A program made the translations under genes and the position numbers. Below the pieces are notes generated by a model. That model made no database searches, was not told where the DNA came from, and saw nothing but the letters and a program-made list of their open reading frames with translations. Shown here piece after piece: positions 26,781 through 33,201 of a stretch of DNA of 41,199 bases (position 1 is its first letter; each line of letters starts with the position of its first letter). The stretch comes from a virus (Duplodnaviria; Caudoviricetes): the IMG/VR virus record IMGVR_UViG_3300049164_000023, positions 1 through 41,199 of that record. The stretch is one strand, 5' to 3'.

Positions 26781-28250
26781 CTAGCTGCTGCGGCGGCGGC
26801 GGAACTGGTCGAACGACACGACGTTCGTTTCCGGTTCCGGCTGCGGTTCCGGCGCCGGCTGCGGCGCCCAGAACGCCGTATGCATCGCGTCCGCGGCGCC
26901 GCGTTTCATTTCGTCGATTACATGCTGGTATCGCTTCAACATCGACGACTGGGACCAGCCCAGAATGTCCATGACGACGCGGCCGTCCACGCCCATCAAC
27001 AGTAGGACCGTAGCCGCCGTATGCCGCTGATCGTGAACGCGGACTTCCGCGACGCCGGCGTCGGCTAGGAAAGCTTTCCACGCGTCCCAGTCGCGCTTAC
27101 TGTCGATCGGATCCTGATTCGCGTTTCGGAAAACCAGATCGACGGGTTCCCCGTTCCCGCTGATCCACGGTTCCCGGTCCCGGCCGGCCGCGGCAAGTTC
27201 CGCGTCCTGTTCTGCACGGTGCTGTTTGAGCGCATCGACCAGAAATCCGGGGAGCGCGACGACGCGATCGCCGGCGTCCGATTTCGGCGTCCCGATCCAT
27301 AGACCGCCGATCCGCTGCGGACAGTGTGACGCGTGGCCCTTACAGTCCGGCGGACAGGGATTCGGACACGCGTTCCAGTGATCGGCCTTGCGCGGTTTCC
27401 GGTCCGTCCTGAACACGCGCGGTTTTTCGTCCTGCCGGCGCTGTTTGCGCTGGCATCCGGTCGGCGTGCAATGGTTCCACTTGTTACACGCGTCGATATC
27501 GTCGCAGCCGTGCTTATATTTCACGCGCATAAGTTCGCGCGAGACGGCCAGCGTCCCGGCGTCGAAGTCGATCTGGTCCCAGCCCAGCCCCAGCGTTTCG
27601 CCCTGACGTAGACCCAGTGTTAGGCCGATCATCCAGCGGACACCGTTCCGTTTCCCGTCGGCCGCTGCAATCAGCGCGCGCGCGTCGTCCGGAGACAGGA
27701 TTTCGGGTTTGAATTTCGCGGCCCTGGGCGTCTTAATCCGACTAACCGGGTTCGTTCCCAGCCGGCCGCGCTGGACGGCGACGTTTAGCGCGCTGGACAG
27801 GATCCGATGGACCTGCAGGACCGTTGTTTCCGACAGGGGTTTCGGTTTCCGCGTCCGCATGGCCGTATAGATCGACTCGATTAGTTCCGGCGTGAGTTTG
27901 TCCAGCTTGGTTTTAGCGGCCCGGGTCCCGCGGACGTGAAGTCGAATTTTCGATTCGGTGTTCGCGAGCGTATGCGGTTTACCGTCCACGGACAGGATGT
28001 TTTCGAACCAGTAATCCAGCCACTGTTCCAGCGTCGGAACTTTACCCATGACCAGGACGCCGTTATCGGCGTCGTTCTGCATGTCCCTTAGTTTGCGGTT
28101 CGCTTCCTGTTCGGTTTTGCCGTAGACGGGTTTTTTCTTTCCATCGACGACGATTTCGGCGCGCCACCGCCCATCTTTCATCAAGTAGGCGCGCGTCCCC
28201 TCACCCTTAGCGCGGCGGCGCGCTGGTTCGCTCTTAGGCGTCGTCGCCAT
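26781..28250 (-). CDS. int: Tyrosine integrase with Cys/His-rich insertion
   Basis: RRAKGEG arm-binding N-terminus; catalytic GLRQGE, TPKS, HDQRH, LGW, RYQH. Confidence 0.96.
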   Translation of the reverse strand: MATTPKSEPARRRAKGEGTRAYLMKDGRWRAEIVVDGKKKPVYGKTEQEANRKLRDMQNDADNGVLVMGKVPTLEQWLDYWFENILSVDGKPHTLANTESKIRLHVRGTRAAKTKLDKLTPELIESIYTAMRTRKPKPLSETTVLQVHRILSSALNVAVQRGRLGTNPVSRIKTPRAAKFKPEILSPDDARALIAAADGKRNGVRWMIGLTLGLRQGETLGLGWDQIDFDAGTLAVSRELMRVKYKHGCDDIDACNKWNHCTPTGCQRKQRRQDEKPRVFRTDRKPRKADHWNACPNPCPPDCKGHASHCPQRIGGLWIGTPKSDAGDRVVALPGFLVDALKQHRAEQDAELAAAGRDREPWISGNGEPVDLVFRNANQDPIDSKRDWDAWKAFLADAGVAEVRVHDQRHTAATVLLLMGVDGRVVMDILGWSQSSMLKRYQHVIDEMKRGAADAMHTAFWAPQPAPEPQPEPETNVVSFDQFRRRRSS

Positions 28251-28530
28251 GACCGTTTTCCTCCCAGTTGTTCAGCCCCTCGTCCACGCTGCGCGCGGCG
28301 TTCTGCAGGATCCTTAGATCCGTCACGCCCAGAATCGGCGCGATCGTCTCTAAGTCGTTCAGTGTGAACGACACAAGGTCCCTTAGACGCTTGGACAAGT
28401 AGTTCTGGCTTAGTGACGTTTTCGCGGCTAAGTCGCGTTGCGTCAAGTTCTGTCGGCCCATCATGGCCCTTATTTCTGCTGACACGGCCCGGGCGAGTGG
28501 TCCGGCGGCGTCCTGTTTTCCTGCTGGCAT
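28234..28530 (-). CDS. Immunity repressor (XRE-family HTH)
   Basis: EIRAMMGRQNLTQRDLAAKTSLSQNYLSKRLR..SFTLNDL; overlaps int start; divergent from cro. Confidence 0.88.
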   Translation of the reverse strand: MPAGKQDAAGPLARAVSAEIRAMMGRQNLTQRDLAAKTSLSQNYLSKRLRDLVSFTLNDLETIAPILGVTDLRILQNAARSVDEGLNNWEENGHGDDA

Positions 28531-28665
28531 ACGAACAGCATACCCATCTTGCCCGGAATCTTGCCTGTTCTGACACGCACAAAATGAAAAAGTTTTTCAT
28601 TCGTTGACCGAATTACCTATATGGGTTTAGGTAGATGCATAGATGTGAAACAGTTCACCTATACG
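28531..28665. promoter_or_regulatory. Divergent lysis/lysogeny control region
   Basis: Minus-strand -10 TATGCT (28537-28542) 6 nt from the repressor ATG; ATCTTGCC direct repeat (28546, 28558); palindrome AATGAAAAAGTTTTTCATT (28583-28601); plus-strand -35 TTGACC (28604); quasi-palindrome ACCTATATGGGT (28615-28626). Confidence 0.78.
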
Positions 28666-28700
28666 CCAACCGCCCCCGGAACCCCCAAAACGGAGACGAA

Positions 28701-28940
28701 ATGGATATACCTAGCCTTGCCCTGTGGATCGGCGGAATCGTCCTGGCCCTGGCCATGATCTGGGCGATCGTCGCGATCCTGATCCTGAAACTTTTTACCG
28801 CCAGCTGGCGGGACATCTTTACCGCGTTCGAAGCCGACGACGAACCCCGGTTCCCGCGCCGGCCGCGGACCCGCCGCCGGCGTCCCAGCGACGACAATAA
28901 CGACGACGATCATTTCGACCACGGCTGGACCAGCAAATGA
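28701..28940 (+). CDS. Small single-pass membrane protein
   Basis: GGAG SD; long hydrophobic N-terminus then Arg-rich and Asp-rich tail; ATGA overlap with cro. Confidence 0.75.
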   Translation: MDIPSLALWIGGIVLALAMIWAIVAILILKLFTASWRDIFTAFEADDEPRFPRRPRTRRRRPSDDNNDDDHFDHGWTSK

Positions 28941-29176
28941 GCGAACTAAGCCTACGCATCGCCGGCGAAATCGAAGTCCTGATGCTGCAGCGCGGACGCC
29001 GCAAACGGTCCGAACTCGGTAAGGTCCTGGACCTGTCCGCGCCGTCCATTAGCCGCCGCCTGAACGGGGAAATCAGTTTCACGGTAGACGAACTGGAAAC
29101 CGTCGCCGCCTGGCTGGACGTCCCGGTTTCCCACCTGTTGAACGCCGGGAAACCGGCCCTGGCCCGGGAGGGATAA
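28937..29176 (+). CDS. cro: Cro-like XRE HTH protein
   Basis: SELGKVLDLSAPSISRRLNGEISFTVDELETVAAWLDVPVSHLL; resembles the repressor. Confidence 0.82.
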   Translation: MSELSLRIAGEIEVLMLQRGRRKRSELGKVLDLSAPSISRRLNGEISFTVDELETVAAWLDVPVSHLLNAGKPALAREG

Positions 29177-29178
29177 GG

Positions 29179-29385
29179 ATGGATCCGACCAAAGTCCCGC
29201 ATGACGGGTTCCGCGTATCCGTCCCGGCCGGCAAACCGACGCCGCCGCAACGCGTCCTATTGTCCCTGGACGGCAAAACCCCGTATCGCTGCGGCGTATG
29301 CATGTCTATGGAATGGGACATCACCCTGGACGGCGAGACAGTCACATTCACCTGCAACCACGGCCGGGAGAACCGCCATGACTGA
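29179..29385 (+). CDS. Small zinc-ribbon-like protein
   Basis: CGVC ... FTCNH; tightly packed in the operon. Confidence 0.6.
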   Translation: MDPTKVPHDGFRVSVPAGKPTPPQRVLLSLDGKTPYRCGVCMSMEWDITLDGETVTFTCNHGRENRHD

Positions 29386-29575
29386 AATCCATCTGCTGAA
29401 CGTATCCCAGGCGGCGGAACGCCTGGGTCTGAAAGTCGGCTACGTCTACAAAATAATTCACGCCGGCGATCTGCCCGTCGTGAACGTAGGCAACGGCCGC
29501 AAAATGTGGAAGATCCGGTCCGACCACCTGGACCAGTTCATCGAAAGCCGGACCAGTTCCGCATGCTCTGACTGA
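29378..29575 (+). CDS. xis: Excisionase (MerR-like winged HTH)
   Basis: LLNVSQAAERLGL...VYKIIHAGDLP.VNVG...WKI...LDQFI; GGGAG SD. Confidence 0.85.
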   Translation: MTEIHLLNVSQAAERLGLKVGYVYKIIHAGDLPVVNVGNGRKMWKIRSDHLDQFIESRTSSACSD

Positions 29576-29593
29576 ACCCATATAAGTTAGGAA
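29557..29593 (+). repeat. 37-bp dispersed regulatory repeat, copy 1
   Basis: TTCCGCATGCTCTGACTGAACCCATATAAGTTAGGAA; 34/37 identical to 37377-37413. Confidence 0.9.
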
Positions 29594-29946
29594 TGCTCAA
29601 AATGACCGCCGAAAACGAAATGTCCGAAACCGAACGCCTGGCCGCTGACTACGCGCGCCACGCCGCCGCCGCCGAACCCCACGTAAAAGCGATGGAGCAG
29701 ATCAAAGAACGGCTGCGGACGATCTACGCGAACCAGTACGGCAACCATCCCGCCGGGAACCTGCAGGTAAAGATCAGCCCGAACCCCCGGTTCGACCCGG
29801 ACGCGTTCATCGCCGCCTACCCGGTCGAACAGTTCCCGCTGTTCTACAAACCGGCCGTCGCGCGGGACGTAATCGACCAGAAATTCCCGCCGGAAGTCCT
29901 GGCCGGTTTCATGAAACACGGCAAACCGAAGGTTGAAATCAAGTGA
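29593..29946 (+). CDS. Hypothetical protein (start may be 29602 or 29620)
   Basis: Open frame with phage-like codon use; GTGA overlap with the exonuclease. Confidence 0.75.
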   Translation: MLKMTAENEMSETERLAADYARHAAAAEPHVKAMEQIKERLRTIYANQYGNHPAGNLQVKISPNPRFDPDAFIAAYPVEQFPLFYKPAVARDVIDQKFPPEVLAGFMKHGKPKVEIK

Positions 29947-30773
29947 TCGGGAAGATCCTGGACCGACCAGGGTCCCGGCTACAGCCGCTGGCGACGGCCG
30001 TCGCCGAAACATATATGGACGTCGTTACGGACGGCATCCAGGCCCATCCCCGTTCCCATCAAAAACTGATCGGTCCGTCCGAAATCGGGACCCCCTGTCT
30101 ACGTGCCCTGTTGCACAAGCTGAACCAGGACCCGGAACCGGGATCCGGTCCGCCGGCCTGGAAACCGGCCGTCGGAACCGCGCTGCATAACCAAATGGAA
30201 GCCTGGTTCGCGTCCTGCCGCGACTCGGATCAATTCCTGGTCGAACAGCGCGTGAACGTCGGGACGATCGGGGACAAGACGATCAGCGGTTCGACGGACC
30301 TATTCATGAAGCCGGCCGGCGCCGTGATCGATCACAAGTTCATCGGGAAAACCCGGCTACGCGACTACCGCGCCGCCGGCCCGGGGGACCAGTACCGGAA
30401 GCAAACCCACATTTACGGCCGCGGCTGGGAACTGGCCGGCTGGCCGGTCCATCTGGTCATGATCGCGTTCGTCCCCAGGGACGGCGAACTGGCCGACGCC
30501 TGGTTCTGGTGGGAGGAATACGACCGCCGGATCGCGTTCGGCGCCATGGCGCGCGCGAACCGCTGCTGGCGGCGGATCCAGGAAATCGGGATCGACGCCG
30601 CCCTGGCCGAAGTCCCGCCGTGCCAGGACACGGACAAGGACGCGCCGGCCTATAACCACAACGCCGCCTGGTGTCGCTGGTGCCAGCCGGAAAACACGGC
30701 GCGGACCGTGGAAGCGATCCGCGCGTCGAACCCATTCCAATTTTTCCCCGAAAGGAAAGCGATCCCCGCATGA
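29943..30773 (+). CDS. Cas4-like PD-(D/E)XK exonuclease
   Basis: IGPSEIGTPCLR, GTALH, GSTDL, IDHK, QTHIYG, C-terminal C...CRWC. Confidence 0.88.
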   Translation: MIGKILDRPGSRLQPLATAVAETYMDVVTDGIQAHPRSHQKLIGPSEIGTPCLRALLHKLNQDPEPGSGPPAWKPAVGTALHNQMEAWFASCRDSDQFLVEQRVNVGTIGDKTISGSTDLFMKPAGAVIDHKFIGKTRLRDYRAAGPGDQYRKQTHIYGRGWELAGWPVHLVMIAFVPRDGELADAWFWWEEYDRRIAFGAMARANRCWRRIQEIGIDAALAEVPPCQDTDKDAPAYNHNAAWCRWCQPENTARTVEAIRASNPFQFFPERKAIPA

Positions 30774-30940
30774 ACGACAAGCCGGATTTTATGACCGATA
30801 TGAGGACCTACGCGATCGCGTTGCACGAACTCTATAGGTCCTACATAGACGCCGGGTTCACCAAAGCCCAGGCGTTCGAACTGACCCAAACCGTTCTGGC
30901 CGAATCCATCGCCGTCCAGAACAACACCCCCACCGATTAG
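30770..30940 (+). CDS. Small hypothetical protein
   Basis: ATGA overlap; LHELYRSYIDAGFTKAQAFEL motif. Confidence 0.75.
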   Translation: MNDKPDFMTDMRTYAIALHELYRSYIDAGFTKAQAFELTQTVLAESIAVQNNTPTD

Positions 30941-30952
30941 GAGAACCGCGAA

Positions 30953-31873
30953 ATGAACGACGCATTTTCAACCGCCCTGGCGAACGCCTACAACGGGGAG
31001 AAGACCCGCGGCGCGTTCAACAAGTACAGCCCTCCCGGGACCCGGGTCGGCGGGACGATCGTTTCCCGCGATCTGTTCCAAGCGACAGACCCGAAGACCA
31101 GGCAGAAGAAAACCTGGGACGACGGGAACCCGATCATGAAAGCCGTGATCGTCGTCCAGACCGACGCCCGGGAAGACGCCGACGACGACGGCCAGCGCGG
31201 AATTTACGTCAACTGGTACGGCGACGATCTGCGGAACCTGAAAGCGTCGATCGAGCAGACCGGCGATTCGGATCTGAGGATCGGCGGCTGGTTCGGCGCC
31301 CATTTCGTCCGGGAGGAACCGCCGGCCGCGCCGGGACTGAACGGCCGGAAGGTCTACGAATACCGTTACCAGCCGCCGGCATTCATCGACCAGGGACAGT
31401 CCCAGCCGCAGCCGGCCGGCAATTCGGCAGGACCCCATTTCCAGGCCCAGCCGCAGCCCCAGCCCCAGGTCCAGACCGGCCCGTCGCCGGCCGGTCCGCA
31501 GATCCAGCCCCAGATCCAGCCGCAGCCGGTAATGAACGTCTACGGCCAGGGAAGCGGCGGCAACCCGGATAACAGCTGGGGACCCGCCCAGCCGCAGCAA
31601 TCCCAGCCGCCGGCCCAGCCGCAGCCGCAGTTCCAGCCCCAGCCGGATCCCCAGCTGCAGTTCCAGCCGCAGCCGCAGCCGGCCGGCGCCCCAGCCTGGG
31701 CGCTGCAGAACCAGCGCGCCGCAGCCGCCCAGCCCCAGGCGGCGCCCCAGGGATCCGACGACGATTCCGGGATCCGCGCGCTGATCGGCGAAGGATACCT
31801 GGACGAAGACATCGCCGCCGCCACCGGCGCCCCGATCGCCCAGATCCAGCACGTCCGCGCCCAGTTCCAGTAA
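30953..31873 (+). CDS. Putative ssDNA-binding protein with Gln/Pro-rich linker
   Basis: AGGAG SD; GGTIV, KTWDDGNP, VQTD...DDDGQR OB-like core next to the exonuclease; QP low-complexity region. Confidence 0.62.
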   Translation: MNDAFSTALANAYNGEKTRGAFNKYSPPGTRVGGTIVSRDLFQATDPKTRQKKTWDDGNPIMKAVIVVQTDAREDADDDGQRGIYVNWYGDDLRNLKASIEQTGDSDLRIGGWFGAHFVREEPPAAPGLNGRKVYEYRYQPPAFIDQGQSQPQPAGNSAGPHFQAQPQPQPQVQTGPSPAGPQIQPQIQPQPVMNVYGQGSGGNPDNSWGPAQPQQSQPPAQPQPQFQPQPDPQLQFQPQPQPAGAPAWALQNQRAAAAQPQAAPQGSDDDSGIRALIGEGYLDEDIAAATGAPIAQIQHVRAQFQ

Positions 31874-31884
31874 CCCAACAGACC

Positions 31885-31925
31885 GCCGGCCGGCGTGACC
31901 GACTGCCCCCGGTCCGCCGGCCGGC
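31885..31925 (+). terminator. Strong GC-rich hairpin after the SSB-like gene (no U tract)
   Basis: GCCGGCCGGCG(T)GACCG loop CGGTC CGCCGGCCGGC, 16 bp with one bulge. Confidence 0.55.
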
Positions 31926-31953
31926 CCCATCCCCACCTGGAAGGAAACGAACA

Positions 31954-32184
31954 ATGGCCGCGAAATCGAACAGCACCGACGAACACGATTCGAAACAGGT
32001 CCTGGCGAACCTGCAGCGCAAAATCCGACAGGCCGAAACCCTGTATTCATCCATGGTCGAAGCGGTCCAGACCGCCGAAAAACACGCGATGGGAATCGAA
32101 CTGTCCGTCCACGAAGACGGAACGGTGAAAGCGGTCCCTGTCGCTGAAATCCCCGCCGGGGAATGCTACGTCGTTCGGCGCTGA
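31954..32184 (+). CDS. Hypothetical protein
   Basis: GGAAGGA SD; coiled-coil N-terminal half. Confidence 0.72.
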   Translation: MAAKSNSTDEHDSKQVLANLQRKIRQAETLYSSMVEAVQTAEKHAMGIELSVHEDGTVKAVPVAEIPAGECYVVRR

Positions 32185-32186
32185 CC

Positions 32187-32366
32187 ATGAACCGCGAAAC
32201 CCGCCTACTGGTTATGACCTGGCTACTGGCCCAAACGATCGGCCTACTGTTCCTGGCCGCGTACCTGGGAGACAAAACCGGACAGACCGGACTAGCGATC
32301 GTCGCCGGCGCCGTCGCCGTAATGACGTACCTGGCCTATCTGCGCGAACGGGACAACTACAAATGA
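32187..32366 (+). CDS. Small two-TM membrane protein
   Basis: MNRETRLLVMTWLLAQTIGLLFLAAYLG...GLAIVAGAVAVMTYLAYL. Confidence 0.72.
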   Translation: MNRETRLLVMTWLLAQTIGLLFLAAYLGDKTGQTGLAIVAGAVAVMTYLAYLRERDNYK

Positions 32367-32554
32367 CCCCGGCCGGCAAACCCGAAATCTGCAGGATCTG
32401 CGGCGCTAAACATCCTGGCGGCGAAATCGTCCCGCACTGTCCGCATTACATATGCGACTGGTTCAAATGCCCATGCGGCCGGACTTGCGACATTCACCTG
32501 AACTACTGGCCGGATTCCCCATCCGACACCCTGCCCCCAAAGGATCCGAAATGA
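32363..32554 (+). CDS. Cys/His-rich small protein
   Basis: CRIC..H...HC...CDWFKCPC; ATGA overlaps at both ends. Confidence 0.68.
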   Translation: MTPAGKPEICRICGAKHPGGEIVPHCPHYICDWFKCPCGRTCDIHLNYWPDSPSDTLPPKDPK

Positions 32555-32928
32555 ACGACGAACCGACAGAAATCCGCATCGCGGCGGCGCGTATGCACGT
32601 TCTGGAAGCGGCGCTGCAGTCCGTCGCCGACTCATCCCGGCCGGACCATGGCCCCCTGGCCCACCTGGATACGCCCATCCCATGCCAGGCCGGCCCCGGC
32701 GGCGGGACCCTGATCGACGAACCCGACCCCTGTCCGGACCCGGCCGACTGGTCCCTGGAAATCCATAACTGTTCCAAGCCCGGACACGACATTTTCTGGG
32801 GATGCTCGCATCACGCCGCGATCGCCGTTTTCGCGTTCGACGGCGCGATCCACGCGAACGACGGCTATCTGCCATGCGGCCATTTCATGGCGTCCGTATG
32901 GCATGCCCTGGCCTTGGAACGGCTCTAG
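32551..32928 (+). CDS. Hypothetical protein, probable Zn-binding
   Basis: AAGGA SD; PC...C.DPADW...HNC...GCSHH...PCGH. Confidence 0.7.
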   Translation: MNDEPTEIRIAAARMHVLEAALQSVADSSRPDHGPLAHLDTPIPCQAGPGGGTLIDEPDPCPDPADWSLEIHNCSKPGHDIFWGCSHHAAIAVFAFDGAIHANDGYLPCGHFMASVWHALALERL

Positions 32929-32943
32929 GGAAAGGAACCGGCC

Positions 32944-33201
32944 ATGCCCTACGTGTCAAAAGCCCCGAAACCATGCAGCGTTCTGGACTGCCACGACGGC
33001 GCGATCTGCCGCGGCCTATGCCAGTTCCACTATCGCCGGCTGCAGCAATACGGCGACCCCTACGCCGAACCGACCGAACGCAGCCGGCCACTACCCGGCC
33101 CCGTCCCTGATCACCTGGCCGCGTTCCTGGAAGCGCGCCGCCGCCGCGTCGCGCTGCGGAACAGCCCACACCTGGCCCGGATCATGCGGAAGGCATCATG
33201 A
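32944..33201 (+). CDS. Stand-alone CxxxxC...CxxHY zinc-finger protein
   Basis: CSVLDC...RGLCQFHYRRLQQYGDP, the motif often found N-terminal to phage HNH nucleases; AAAGGA SD. Confidence 0.72.
   Translation: MPYVSKAPKPCSVLDCHDGAICRGLCQFHYRRLQQYGDPYAEPTERSRPLPGPVPDHLAAFLEARRRRVALRNSPHLARIMRKAS

Noticed and set aside
26781-28530. Integration-dependent immunity system
   Set aside because: attP is not inside the repressor gene, int has an N-terminal arm-binding domain, neither protein ends in an ssrA-like tag, and an xis is present
29943-30773. CRISPR-Cas locus suggested by the Cas4-like gene
   Set aside because: No repeat-spacer array or other cas genes; solo Cas4-like nucleases are common phage recombination genes
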